From Lama guanicoe (taxonomy: Eukaryota), in the NCBI GenBank assembly GCA_013239625.1, contig MU053873.1, forward strand, positions 3,702,273 to 3,766,272: a stretch of DNA of 64,000 nt. The letters run 5' to 3'. This document shows, one piece after another, positions 1 to 13,362 of this stretch. The position numbers and the translations under genes were made by a program. Within the stretch, counting starts at the first letter, position 1, and each line of letters begins with the position of its first letter. The notes beneath the pieces were generated by a model. That model was not told the DNA's origin. It ran no database searches and saw only the letters and a list, made by a program, of their open reading frames with translations.

Positions 1-497
1 TGCCTTAAATGCCGGGTGAGTGGTGAGGTCGGTAGAGAAGAGGCTTTAATGAAAGGTTCTGCTTAGCAGAGGCTCCAGCCAGTGCACGGAGCACCTGTGG
101 TTTAAATTCAGGAGCGCCACCTGTCCAGGTGATCAACCGATGTCCCTCTGACGCCTAAATCCATCATCTTTATTAACTGGCATAAGAAAACCTCCATCCA
201 TGGGACCAGAATCGCACCCTAACTACACCAGGATATCACAGTTCAATTTCTAAGGCAACCTCTGCCACTTACAAGGATATAAGAGACTCCCTGAGTGATA
301 CACGAGCGATCATAATCAACTCTTTCATAATCAACTCTTTCACACTTTTAGCTAGAGGCCGTGACAAAGAGTTTTGGGGGGAAAAATACAAATAGAAGTA
401 AGTTTCAAATTTATTCCCTGGGGGTGGTGGCCAGGGAAATGGGTACACTGAGGGGCAGAGATGAGAAGGAGATCTCTCACTGTTTACACTTCGGTAA
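1..497 (-). mobile_element. ERV-type LTR, truncated by the window edge
   Basis: Minus strand begins GTTACCGAAGTG (LTR-like start) and has an ATTAAA near position 45 and a 15-bp tandem duplication CATAATCAACTCTTT at 311-340. Confidence 0.5.
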
Positions 498-567
498 CTT
501 TGCTTTTTGAGACTTGCAAATGACCTGACCAAATAAATTAGTAAAAGTTAAATTTTAAAATGTTAGT

Positions 568-657
568 GGGGAAGGGTACTAGCTCGGTGGTAGACAGCGT
601 GCTTAGCACACATGAGGTCCTAGGTTCAATCTCCCATACCTCCATCAAAAAAAAAAA
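568..657 (+). mobile_element. tRNA-derived SINE (camelid Vic-1-like)
   Basis: A-box/B-box head (TAGCTCGGTGG...GGTTCAATCTC), A tail, near-perfect TSD taaaatgttag / taaaacgttag. Confidence 0.85.
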
Positions 658-1499
658 TCATGTAAAACGTTAGGTACGATATGGACCAGTAAGACCCCAG
701 TTCTTGTTATAACACAGACGCACATGGACGGGTATATAAATATAAATGGGTGCTTAGAGAAAGCATTAGAAGAAAACGTAAGAAATGTTCAGAAAGGCTA
801 GTTCTCAGTGCAGGGAGATGAAACTGCAGGGGATTTGAATCTTCTTTTTGCTTACTTATAATCCCAAAATTTCACACAATATTAATAACAACAGGAACAG
901 TTTCTACTTATTGAACATGTCGCTGGTTTCCACGTGAAACACGTCAGAGGCAAAGACTCATTTCTCCCGGCAACCTCCGAAGGAGGTAGTGTTTTACTCC
1001 CATTTTACAGATGAGAAAACTGAGGCTCAGAGACACGAAGCCCACCCTCTTGGTTTCTCTGCTGGGTTGACTTCTGATAAAATGAATATGCTCATAACAG
1101 AAAAAAAAGTTTTAAAAATGCTAAGTAAGTGAAAGTACGAAGTGAAACAGACTAAATTTCTGAAAATAATACGAATTATTATTTTCAGTGCTGGCCACTG
1201 AAGACGCCTGCGATTCTCGGCTTGGTTTCTGGCCATGGGAGCATTTGGCCAGCATGTAGCACAGGCGGTCAATGCCAGAGGGTCAATGCTGTGTAGCTTG
1301 CCCTCCACTATAGACTGATGACAACTGGTGTATCAATACCTCAGCTCCCTCCCTCTCTGGGGGGAAACTCTGAGGCACACATTCTGCACTGTCTTGATAA
1401 CACACCCTATTATTAGCTCCTGCTTCCCTTTCTCACCTCCACACTCGCCCAACAGAACTTCCTGTAAGTGCTTATAGTGAGGTAAAACCATAAAGCTTC

Positions 1500-2610
1500 C
1501 AGAGAAAAACACGGGATAAACTGATCCTAAATAAAATGAAGTAAAACTTCTGTTCATCAGAAGACACGACTAAGAGAATGAAAAGGCAAGACATGGACTG
1601 GGATAAAATATTGCACATACAAATGAGATAATATACAGTATTTCATCTATATAATTAGAAATATAATTTACATTATATGAAATATATCATATATACATGT
1701 GCACATGTGCATACACACATATATATACTTCACAAAGGATTCTATCTAAAATACATGAAGAACTCTAAACAAATACAAAAAAAGACAATCTGGTTTTTTG
1801 TCTGGTTTTTTTAGGGACAAAAGACTTAAACAGGCACTTCACACACACAGAAAAAAATTCTCCAAATGATTAATAAGGACATGAAAGGATGCTCGACTTC
1901 ACTGGTCATCCGGAAAACACAAATTAAAATCACAGTGAGATACTACCCCACGTCTCCAAGGGCCAAAACGACGGAGAAGGACGTCAGCAAAGGCTGACGA
2001 GGACGTGGGAGTGTGGCTGGGTTTACGTTGGCACAAACGCTTCGAATAACTGTTTGGCAGGACTCACTCAAGCTGACCTACATCTCACTCATGACCCAGC
2101 AATTCCACTCCTGAGTTTTTACCCAACAGAAACGAGCACTCGGGTCCACAAAAGATGTGGACATCAATGTCCTCAGTGGCTTCATCCGTAACAGCCAGAA
2201 CCTGGAAACCACTTAAGTGTCCACCCGCAGTAGCCTGGATAAACTGCAGCACATTCACATGGTGGGGTATACAACACAGCCATAGCCCTGCCCACACCAA
2301 ACTACTGCGACATGCAAACACACGGAAAAGTACATAGATGTTACGGTGAGCAAGAAAGCAGGACCCAAAATTACACATACTGTAAAAGTGCAATAATACA
2401 AGGTTCACGAAATAGGCAAAACTACTGAATGGAAGAAGGTAGGTCGGTTTGGGGAGTGTTGACTTAAGTGGGCTATAATGAAGCTTTCTGGGGACCTCGA
2501 AATGTTCTGTGTCGTGATATGAGTGGTGGTTACAAGCTGTGTCCATATGTAAACATGCCTCCGATGTACACTTAAGATTTGTGTACTTTATGTAAATTAT
2601 GCCTAAGAAA
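1500..2610 (+). mobile_element. Old L1 (L1M) ORF2 3' end and 3'UTR fragment
   Basis: Typical L1 motifs: gacttaaacaggcacttcac, gacccagcaattccactcctgag, tggaaaccacttaagtgtcca, and an L1MB/MC-like 3' end. Confidence 0.8.
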
Positions 2611-5136
2611 ACAAAACCTCAAACTTCCAGTGGCCTCCAGGTGCTTATGAGATGAAGCCACGCCCTTCGCCATAGCCCTGCCCACCCCGGGGCCTCGTCT
2701 CTTACCAAGTCGTGCCCCCCAGCCCCCGCCCCGCCTCTTCTCCTGGCTCCACTCATCCTGGAGATCTCGGTTTGCTGTGACAGAGAGGCAGTCAGGAACT
2801 GTAAGAATTCCACCCTTGGATGGGAAAGAGACCTGCAGGGAAATGCCAGGCATTTCTGTTTTTCCTGAGTGATGTCAGTACCCACGTGTGCTCATGCAGC
2901 AAAAGCTCCCTGATGAGATGCTTCTTCCTCCAGGAAGCCTTCCCAGACCCCTGCCCCCGACCTGAGGACCCGAGGTTCCCACAACTCGCTGCTTCTTTGT
3001 GACACTGATCCTACTGTTTTAAGCCGGTTAACTTGACTGTCTTGCTCTCTGAGGGCTGGAGTGAAAAAACGTGGCAAAAGCTTAATCTGGATGGGGGGCG
3101 GGGAGGAGCAACGAGCAGATCTGAGGCCACCCATGAAAGTGCATTTGGGGCTCTCCCAGAATCATCTTCCTCTCCCTGCCTCGCCTGCACTCTGATCCGA
3201 TTTCCTGAGTGGGAGAGGGTGGAGTTACCACCTGCCTGCCAGGAGCCTTGCTGAGTCCCCCAGTCCTGGGGGGAGGGCATCTCACATGTCATCATCCTCC
3301 ATCCTGTGCATCCAGGTGAGAACTGCTGGCTCTAAGGCAGGGAGAGGGAGCGGCAGGGAGAGCTGCTTTGAGATCGGCACCTGGCAAGTGGGCACCTGAG
3401 TCAGAAGACAGCTTTGAGTAGCAGCTCACAGCACGCAGACTCGAACGCAAATCCTGCCTTTGTGAGCTTGGGCACATGTTTAGTCTTAGTCTCAGTTTCC
3501 TCACCTGTCAAGTGGGTTTATAATCCTACCTACTCTCAAAAGTAGCCAAGAGATTTGCTAAGGACATAAAAGCACTTGGCAATGGTTATTTGTTGGTTCT
3601 GTTTTTACTGGTCTCCTACTATGTGCCACGCATTGTACGTAGGAGCCAGGATGCAGCTGTGAACAAGGCAGAGCTTTCTTGTGGGTAGCAAGGGAGACAT
3701 GACGCTTACACAAGACAGGATTCTACAAGCACACAGTAGGTGTGTTCCCTACATCTGAGAGTCTGTCCTCCACTAAAAGCCCAGACCCTACAGCCACAAC
3801 GTGGACCCAGCAAGTTAAGACTCTTGTCTCCTGGCAGAGGCCTGGGCATGGCCATCCTCAAAGCATCCAGCTCTTTAGGGGCCAGTCTCAGCTCCGGCAG
3901 GGTCCAAGCCCCAGCCCCTAGCCCCACCCACCGCTGGCAACATCCCTAAACCCCAGAGACAACCTCTCGCGAGATTAGTTGCAGGCGTGGTCGGTTAATT
4001 TCAAGGGCGGTGGCCGCCAGCGCAGGCATGAATCATGTCCTGCCTGCTCTGTAGAGGAGGGGGAGGGTTCCACGGACCCACGTCTGCAAACGCTGATGTG
4101 GTGTGGCCCTGCTGAGAAGGGGACGCGAGGGGATGGGAGTGAACCAGCGGGGACAGGGCAAACCCAGTTCTTGACCTCCCCGCGCCAGAGGAAATAACCA
4201 CTCTAATCAGAAAACAAGCATTCACACCATGCTTACTACGCACGTCCCAGCTCTAAAATAAACTCTGGACAGAGATCATCTCCTTGATTCCTCACAATTA
4301 CCCCGTGACTACAGGTATTATTATCTTTCCCACTTGAGAAAGGAGGAAATTGAGGTTTAAGGAGACTAACGGCCTAGTCCAAGGTCACGCATCTTGTCAA
4401 ACTCTGGAGTCCAAGAGCCTGAACCCTTCTGCTGGACTGGCAGGAATGAAGAGAGGGGACAATTTAAAAAATATGGAGGGGTGGGTCCCCAAAGCCGGCC
4501 TGAGTGACAGGCGCTGCCTGGGCCAGGCCCAAGCAGGACAGTGTGGTCCTGGCATGTGGCTCTGGCTGTGTGTCCTGAGCCTCCGTTTACCCGACTGGGC
4601 AAAGAGGCCTGGCACGCCCATCAAGACGTGGGCCCTTCCGACCGATAAGGCAGGAGGACCGAGCATCCAGGCTACAGAGGGAAGGCCAGCACTCTGGAAC
4701 TGCCCACCCACAAGGCCAAGTCACCATGGGGCCACCCTGATTCCACCTCCCAAAGACGGGATAGGCCAGGGCATGAGCCAAGGGCCTGCTGGGCTAAGCC
4801 TGTTGACACCCAGAGGGGACCTGTTCACAGGGGGGCCAGGTTGGAGGCAGTGGCTCTGTGGCCTGAACCCAACACCAGCAACCCAGGGCAGCTGCTGTAT
4901 TCACATCTGGCACACATGTGCGTGTGTGCGTGTGGGGTGTGTGTGGGGTACGCCTGGGTCCGGGGAACAAGCTTCCAGGCGGTTGGGTGGGTACGAGATG
5001 TGTGTGCACTTTGGGGGTGCCTGTGGACAAACACGAGTACGTGATGGACTGTATAAATATTTGCTGCTCAGCTCTGTCTGTGAAGGTGGGGAGTGATGCT
5101 TGGGGGTGGCCGTGATGGGGGAGAGATTTTTTTAAT

Positions 5137-5219
5137 CCATTAAAAAAAATAGATAAACCTAATTACCTCCCCACCATCACAAAAAAAGCTTAAAATAAAT
5201 AAATAAAAACTAAAATAAA
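5137..5219 (+). mobile_element. 5'-truncated SINE (tail only)
   Basis: ccattaaaaaaaatagataaacctaattacctcccc matches the tail of the other SINE copies; flanked by an 11-bp direct repeat atttttttaat (5126-5136, 5220-5230). Confidence 0.65.
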
Positions 5220-5759
5220 ATTTTTTTAATGTTTAACAAAGAATGAGAAGGAATTCCTGCCCTCTTCTGCCCAGATCCCCAAACCTCAACGAGGTTTCTG
5301 GAGCTGTGTTTTTAAGAGGAGAGCCTTCTTTTTCGTTCAAATCTCAAATAAACAAAAGCCTCTTTGGCAGAGGTCCCCACACACCCTCCCGGCACCAGCA
5401 CTGCAGCTAAGACAACAGCCACTGTTTTCTCGGGGGGCGGGGGGGCTCCTGAACTCTAGTTAAACCTCGGGAACTCTTCCCAAATAGTTTCTTCCCCACC
5501 CAGGGACCCTCCCTTTCCTGCGGCTCAGGGTCAGCCCTCCTCCCACGCTCTTCCCTTGGGCCAGCGCGTCCCCCCACCAAGAGCCCTACCAGCCCTGAAT
5601 TCCTGGGGCCTGGGAGCCCAGAATCTTCCATCTTCGAGACCACGCAGCCCAAGTTCCCTGGTTACACTGACAAGGAGACCTCGAGGGGGACGAGAGTTGC
5701 CCAGGGATATCCAGGGAGCCAGATCCAGGTCCACACTTGAACCTGGACCTCCTCACCAG

Positions 5760-6410
5760 GACCATTCACTCAACAAAAATGCATTCATTAAGCACCAACT
5801 ATGTGCACTGCTCTAAGCATCAGGGATACAGCCTCAAAGCAAACTGAGGATGTCTCGGCTTGGAAAGTGAACCAAAGGACGTAATCGCTCCTGAGCTGAC
5901 GGTGGCCGTGCAAGCAGTAAAGCAGGGTTATGTGATGAGAGTGAGGGGTTGCAGGGAGAAACCTGACACTGTGGAGGTGACATCTGAGCTGAGACCCAAC
6001 TGAAGAGAAGGAGCCTGCCAAGCAAACAGCTCAGAAAGATCCTTCCAAAGGGGAGACCCAGGAGGGAGGCAGGCTGGGAGTGGGGGTGCAGGGGCAGGAC
6101 AGGGGGGGGGGGCGTGTCAGGCAGAGCCTCTGCGGGAAGGAGCCAGGATCCACTCCTACATGGGACAGGAAGTCACTGGAGGGCTTTAGCAGGGCTGTGA
6201 CCTGTCTGGAAGCTCATTCTGGGTGCCCAGGGGAGAAGAAACTGTAGAGGGCAAGAGTGGAGGCCCCTGCTGCCTCCTGGGTAGGAGATGGGAGGGGCCT
6301 GGGCGGATTCAGGGACAGTGGGGATGGACAGAAGAGACAGTGTGGCTTTACATACAGATGACAGGACTGGCTGACGGACTGGATGTGAGGGTGAGGGGAA
6401 GAGCATGAAT
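5760..6410 (-). mobile_element. L2 fragment
   Basis: L2 3'-end signature cattcactcaacaaaaatgcattcattaagcaccaactatgtg followed by typical L2 body sequence. Confidence 0.65.
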
Positions 6411-7174
6411 CCCACCCCACTCCCTGGCCTCCCACCCCCGACAGGAAGCAAGGAAATCAGAACCAAAGGGCCCATAAAAAATCAGTTCAAAACTCCCACC
6501 CTCCGTGCCTGTTGATTTACCACTAGCGCAAAGTCAGAGGCACCTGGGTTCAATTCCCGGCTCCACCACTTTCTGGTTGCAAGTCAATCCCATCCTCGAG
6601 CCTCAGTTTTCTCGCCTGTGAAATGGGGATAGTGACGCAAAGCCCATATGGACACGGGAGGCCCCAGAGCAGCAGGGGTGGGGGTGTAGAGTAGCTCTTT
6701 TCCCCTACCCTTCCCTTCCCTGTCTTCGGGTCTGACGCCCTTCCCCACTCCCGCCTGCAATTCTCAGATAAGTCAGATCGCCCCAAAGCCCATTTGTAAA
6801 GAACTAACATAAACAGTGACTTTCTTCCCATAGGGTCACATGAAGCAGAAATGAGAATCCTTTCCACTGTCAGAACAGAGACACCCTAAAAATAACGAGT
6901 GGGTTCCCGGCTCCCAAGTTGGGGCTGCGCAGGAGCATCCACAGCCCGGCAGCGTGTGTGGAGGGAAGGTGAACTCGAGTCAGGGCTCAGGGGCTGCGAG
7001 GTCAGGGTCAAATGCAGGCTCGCTTTCGGAAAATCACTCTTCCTCCCCATGCCTCAGCTTCCCCACCTGGAAAGCAGATTTAAGGAGCCCAGCCTTGCAG
7101 GAACCTATAGGATTGGCTGTTGGGGGTGGGCGGTTGTGGTGCCTGCCGGGCCTGGGGGGTTCAGGAGACGCATT

Positions 7175-7650
7175 CTCAGGACCGATGGCGTCAGAAAATA
7201 TCCAGGTCCTAAGCCCTGGAAACCATACGTGGAAAAAGGGTCTTTACAAATGTACTTAAGTTCAAGATCTTGAGATGGGAGGATCATCCTGGATTATCCA
7301 GGTGGGCCCTGAATGCAACCATGTGTGTCCTTCTAAGAGGGAGGCAGAGGGAGGTTTCCCTACGGAAGACAGAAGGCCATGTGACAACCTCAGGGGAGGG
7401 ACACTTGACGATGCTAAGCTGTGGCTCTGAAGATGGAGAGAGACAGCTGGGAACATAGCAGCCTCTAGAAGCCGGAAAAGGGAGGGAAAAGGATTCTCCC
7501 CTAGAGCCCCTGGAGGGAGCCGACACCTTGGTTCCTGCTCAGTGAAATTGATTCCAGACTGTCCTCCAAACCTCAAGAGAATAACTTCTGTTGTTTTCAG
7601 CCATTAAGGGTGGTAGTGATTTGTTACAGCAGCCACAGGAGACTAATACA
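7175..7650 (+). mobile_element. MaLR LTR (MLT1C/D-like)
   Basis: ggatcatcctggattatccaggtgggccc, ggattctcccctagagcc, terminal gttacagcagccacaggagactaataca. Confidence 0.85.
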
Positions 7651-10600
7651 GAGGCCGTCAACACTCCAAGCCAGAAGGATTCGATCAATATTTAGAGCCA
7701 GATGCAGTGCTAGACTCAATTAGCATTTCTGCAGGTGGAGCCTGGACATGGGTATCTTTATGGAATTCCAGGGGGAATGCCAGGGAACGTCCAGGGGTTA
7801 GAAGCCTGAGGTCTGGGAGCTGGAGGGGCTCCAAAAACCAGCCACTTTTCATATACAGCCTCCAGGGCACTCCTGCCCTGAACCACAGCCACCTGCCACT
7901 CGTCTGCCTCTCCCACCCCAGGGCTGTGAGTGCTCAAGGGCAGGGGTCCTGCCTTATTGCCGTGAACTCATCATCACCCGGTATTTGTCCCAGCACCTGC
8001 TACACACCAAACCCTCTATCTGTGAACAAGATGTGGCCCCAACCCAGACCCAGGAGGGATTATAGCATCAACCCCTGAACCCCTAGGATGGGGGCTGACC
8101 CGGGGGCTGTGGGGGGAGCAGAGCAAGGACTGGAGGCTGCCACTGGGGAGTGGTGAAGACTTCCTGCAGGGGAGACAACTGAGCTATGTCTTGAAAAAGG
8201 TGCAAAATCCCAGTGCAGTGGATGCTGTCAGTGTTCCATCCACAACCCTGTATGACTCCCAAGCTCTGCAGTCTCTTCTTGAGGGCTTTGCCCTGCCCTG
8301 GGAGCCTGAGTATAAGATGGGCCAGAAATGGCTGGGAGTTAAGGCCCCAGGAGCAACCCTCAGCCAGTGATGGAGAGAAGCTGGAGTATAAATACCCCAG
8401 CTCTCCCATCCCTCGGGGAGATACATGAGGCGAGTGCCCTACATGATCCCCAGAGGCCTGCAGTGGGGCTGAACCCCCGTCACCCACAAGGTAACCTGTG
8501 TACGAACATGCCCAGCAATGGCCTCTTCCTTCCACCGTCTCCCTTCCCCACTCTCTGAGCAGTCTTTCCTGGGACCACCTCCCACGCAAGCTTCTTGCAC
8601 TTGAGTCACTGTCTCAGGGTCCGCTCTGGGGAGTGCACATCCAAGCAGGTGACGTATTCCTAACACAGAGAGCAGAAAATGAGGAGAGGCCTGTGATCCC
8701 AGAGAAAGACATTAACATGAGCAGCACCGCCGCCGCCGCCACCGTCATCCCAGCTGGAGTCAGGCGCTGCCTTACACACGTCGAGTGTATGAGCTCTGCC
8801 TCCCGTTAGCGGATGCAGGTGCTGCTATATGCTCTTTTACAGATGGGGGAACAAGACTCAGAAGGGATGTCCTCATCAGAATCTAAAACGGCTGTGCTCT
8901 TATCTCTGGGACCTCACCACCCATCTCTCCCCTTCACTCTTTTGGCATTAGCTTCCATTCCTTGCACCGTATTAACCCAAGGCCCCCTCCCCAGCAGGGG
9001 GTAGCGCATCACCTAGGTCTGCAATGAGGGGATGGACGGATGAAGGAAGGAATGAAATACACACACCACAGAGGGAAGCTACAAGCTTCATCCCTTGGGG
9101 TGGCCCAAAGTCCCTCCACGGAGTCCCAGACCGGAGTCCGACATCCCCTGGGTGGGCACCCCTCCAACGACACTAGGCTGGCCTTCATATTCTGTGGCCC
9201 AGAATTCTAAAGAGAGGATGTGATTCATTCGACAGGGCCTTTCAACCAGGAGAGGAAGGAAACCAGCCCTCAGATCCAGAACCAAATTTAACTTCTCTCC
9301 GCCACACATCACCCCCACCCCTACACACACATAAAACACGGACACACACACACACACAGAGCATCTCTCGGCCTTGCCGGGTACCGAGTCCATCCCAGCA
9401 GCCAGGCTGGGGGAGGGCATCACAGTCACCAGATCTGCTTCTCTCCCCAAAGAGCACCCCACAGCGCTCTCCAAACACAGTTGGAGAAAAATCTTCATCA
9501 GAAAGGCAGTATTCCGGAGCAATTCCTCCCTCTCCCTCATCATCTCTCTCTCAGCGCTGAGACGAAGAGGGAACTAAAGAAACAAGAGACTAGGCAGGAA
9601 ATAATGACCTTGCACTCCACTGGGAATTTCAGATCCAGCAAATAAGCCCGTCTCTGAGGAGGATATTGGCATCCTCAGTACCTGGAGGAGGGCGCTGAAG
9701 TTGTTTTCAATCCCGCTGTGGGTTAAGTGAATATATTCGCCCTTTGGGATGTTTCATCTGAATAGATAAGATATTTTTACTTCTCAAGAAGAAGAAAGTT
9801 CCTTTATGCATGAATATACACCCAAAATGTCAGTGAAACATCAGCCCAAAGGTTCTGTTAGTCTTAACTATCCTGCTATTGCCTTTGGGCCTTGGGCCAA
9901 GGTTTTAATCACAACCCTGCGAAGTGCTCTTCGGTGAACAGGTCGGTGTTGACTGCCCTTGGCCTGCTTTTTCTCCTCTGGAGCTCTGCTCTGAAGAGGA
10001 GGATCACAGCGGCTCACAGATATAAGGGAATTAATTCCACACTCACTAAGTTGGTGAAGCTACCTTATCCCCATCACGTAGCTAAACCTCCCCTTGGCTG
10101 AGCAAACGACACAGCCCAGGCAGGAAGAGGTGTGAAATCAGTGCATTCTCCCTGCCCCGGAATCCCAGCTGCTTTTTAAAGGTCCAAGGACTGTCACCTC
10201 CAGGTGCACTGAGCATTCACCAGACAGAAGACAGTGGTGAGGGTCCTGAGCGTGCTTCATCCTAGCTGTGTGAGCCTGGGGAAACTACTTACCCTCTCTG
10301 GGCCTTCATTTCCTCAAGTGATATTAGCACTGCCCTACCTCTCTGCCCCGTGGGATGTAGATGTACTTGGGAGTAAACCTTAAAGCATCTACACTGTCAG
10401 TCACTGCCATGCCCCTTCCCTGCCTCTAGTTAGAATGACCTTCCTCCAAAAGGGAACCCATTTACATTATGTCCCCCAGGGGCATTCAGGATTAAATCCA
10501 TCCCCTTTCCATGGCTCTGTGCCCCAGGCACCCAGTCTCTCCATCCTCAGCCCCCATCACTCCCCTTGCTCCGGTCACCCTGGCCGCAGCCACACTCCCA

Positions 10601-10719
10601 CTGGAAAGCCTTTGCACATGCTGTTCCCTCTGCCTGAATGACCCCCTCCCCTCGCCTCCCGACCCTCTGTGACCACTCCACATCTTTAGGTCTCAGCTTT
10701 AATGGCCCTTTCTTAGCAA

Positions 10720-11075
10720 ACTGGGTTGAATACCATCCCCCTAAAATTCGCATCCACCTGGAATCTTGGAATGTGACCTTATTCGGTCTTTGCAGACATA
10801 ATTACTAGCGCAGTGAAGTCACACCGGATTAGGGTGGGCCCGGATCCAATGACTGGCGTCCTTATAAGAAGAGAAAATACAGACATACAGATACAAGCCA
10901 AGAAACCCTAAGGATTGTTGGAAGCCACCAGAAGCTGGAAGAAGAAAGGGTCCCCCTTAGAGCTTTTGAGGAGGGAGGGGCCTTGCCTACACCTTGATAT
11001 TGGACTTCCAGCCTCCAGATTGTTGAGAGAACGTATTTCCGTGGTTCTAAGCAACACAGGTAGGGGTTACTTGTC
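10720..11075 (+). mobile_element. MaLR LTR (MLT1A/B-like)
   Basis: gaatgtgaccttatt, attagggtgggccc...aatgactggcgtccttataagaagag, ggacttccagcctccaga. Confidence 0.8.
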
Positions 11076-11919
11076 ACACTACACTCAGAACAGCCTGAGC
11101 AGCCCCGCAGCTGAAGCATATTCCCCGGCCTCCTTCTCCTCTTCCCCTCCTGCAATGTCCACCTTCCCACCAGCCCATAAACTCCCAGGAAGAAGGTGTC
11201 TGGGCTGCCGGGCTCCCTGCAGCAACCAGCTCAGAGCCTGGCCCCCGCAGGCCTCCAACTATAGTTTCCAAATGAACTGATCTGACACATGTGCCAAGAG
11301 AAGCTCAGAGAAGTCAAGGGACTCATCCAAGGTCACAATCCAGGAAAAGTCAGACCCGGGCCTCCACACCAGAGCCGCCGGGACACCGACGCCCATCCCA
11401 CACAGGACTCCGGCCCAAGAGGACAGGGTTCTTCTCCCTCCTGACTCGCAGCTGCCAGGCCCGTGCCCTCTGGGCTCTGCGCCTCACCCAGGGCCTGACC
11501 TCCCTGACCTCAGTGAACCTGTAGATAAAAGCCTCTTCAGTCCTCAGAGGTCCTGGGGCCTCTACAGGGCAAGGGATGCCCTGGGCTTGGGTTCCGGGGA
11601 CACCCACAGGGCAGTTCCAGCGATGCCAGGGCAAAAAGGTCGGCCTCGCCCACTGGGACCCACCCACTGTCCCTGTCACCGGGGCTCCTCCCTCACACCC
11701 TCACTGCCTGATTCTGCATCTGTGAGGCATGGAAGACACCCAGGCCAAGGGCTAAACCGTAAAGAGCACTGACTCGTGGAGGAAAAGTAGTTCGGGGCAG
11801 AGGACCGTCTCCATTGGGTGTCAGCCTGTCCTTAACGCTTATGTAATGCTTGCTAACCACCCTTTTTAAATGAAGAGGGCAGAGCCTCCGGCTCAAAACC
11901 CTTAGCGGAGGCAGCATTT

Positions 11920-12185
11920 ACCTTCTGCCCTCTGCATCCTCGGAGTCCACAGCCGCGGGTTCCACTTCCACGGGTTCGGCATCCGGGGGTTCCGCATCCA
12001 CGGACCCCACTAATCGCGGAGTGTGGACCAAGCTGACTATGCGCGGTTGGTTGCATCTGAGAGCGCGGAAGCCCCCGGATGTGGAGGGTCGTCTGTCCTA
12101 AGTGAGACGGAAGCATCCGCAGGTTTTGGTATCCGTGGCGGGTGCTGGAGCCAACGCCCCCAGCAGATAGCATGGGAGGGTTGTG
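11920..12185 (-). mobile_element. MER2-like (Tigger family) DNA transposon derivative, rearranged
   Basis: gcatccgcaggttttggtatccgtggcgggtgctggagccaa resembles the MER2 end; repeated ggttccgcatccacg subterminal units. Confidence 0.65.
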
Positions 12186-12357
12186 TTCAGTCGAAACCTA
12201 CCAGCGCAGTTTGGTTTCCTTTGTATCTTAAACGTAAACATCTATTTGTGGTCAGAGATACTGGCTTTTTCAGTTTACAATAATGATACATAGATTTGTT
12301 GGGCGTACAGCTAGGGGGGGTGACATTAAAATAGTACGTGAATAATAACAAAGTATA

Positions 12358-12789
12358 TAGGCAGACCTCATTTTATTGCGCTTTGCAGATACTGCGTTTT
12401 TCACAGCTTGAAGGTTTTATGGCGACCCTGCGTCCAGCCAGTCTTTCGGTGCCATTTTCCAACAGCATTTGCTCATTCCCTGTCTCGGTGTCACATTTTG
12501 GAGACTCTCCTGGTATTTCAAACCTTTCACCGCCAAAAGGGTTATGGATTAGCTGAAGGCTTGAATGATGACCAGCATTTTTTAGCAATAAAGTGTTTTT
12601 TAATTAAGGCATGCACATTATTTTTTTTAGACATAACGCTATTGCACACTTGATAGATGACAGTATGGTGTAAACATAACTTCAGTGTGCACTGCGAATC
12701 CAGAAATTCGTGTGACTCGCTTTATTGCTGTATTTGCTTTACTGCGGTTGGTGTGGAACGAAACCTACAGTATCTCCGGGGTCTGCCTG
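12358..12789 (+). mobile_element. Tigger1 internal-deletion derivative (about 430 bp)
   Basis: TIRs TAGGCAGACCTC ... GGGGTCTGCCTG, TA target duplication on both sides, Tigger1 5' (ttttattgcgctttgcagatactg) and 3' sequences. Confidence 0.88.
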
Positions 12790-13029
12790 TATACACACGG
12801 CAGAAATCACGAAAATAGTGTGTAGGTGACAGAGCTTGGGGGCCTTTGCACGCATTCATTCCCTTATTGTTTATCCACTCACTCAAGCAAAGATGCAGAC
12901 ACACACACATATCCCTTGGGTAGTTCTGTGATAAATTCCTCAACTTTGGCCAAAGTTGAGTGATATTTTATATGGCCGTGCTTCTTGGGCCAGGTGCCCG
13001 CAAGACTTACCTGGGGAGATGTCTCTTTT

Positions 13030-13145
13030 GGAGGGGCCAGGGTAATTATGTTTGTTTGTTTGTTTATTCAAATAGAGGTTCTGGGAATTGAACCCAGGAC
13101 CTCGTGCATGCGGCATGCGGTACACCGCTGAGCTATACCCTCCCC
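13030..13145 (-). mobile_element. tRNA-derived SINE
   Basis: Reverse complement of the SINE head: gaattgaacccaggacctcgtgcatg...ctgagctataccctcccc. Confidence 0.85.
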
Positions 13146-13250
13146 GCAAAGATTTCTTTTTCAATACAGGTGCTCAGGCCCCGCCCCACAGCCATGAAGC
13201 CTGAGCCTCCAGGTAGTGGTCCCAGCACCCGTGTTTTCTTAAAGCTGCCA

Positions 13251-13362
13251 GGGGTGGGGGTGGGGGGTTTCCTATTTATTCATTCTAATGGAGAAGCTAG
13301 GGATTGAACCCAGGACCTCGTGCATGTTAAGCATGCGCTTTACCACGGAGCTATATTCACCC
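13251..13362 (-). mobile_element. tRNA-derived SINE inserted in a MER5-like remnant
   Basis: gggattgaacccaggacctcgtgcatgttaagcatgcgctttaccacggagctata. Confidence 0.8.

Noticed and set aside
2085..2546. ORFs within L1 fragments (also 13886, 18130, 56652-57141, 59619)
   Set aside because: Antisense or decayed L1 sequence; no intact ORF1 or ORF2.
4350..5096. 248-aa ORF
   Set aside because: TTG start inside a MIR, no homology or exon structure.
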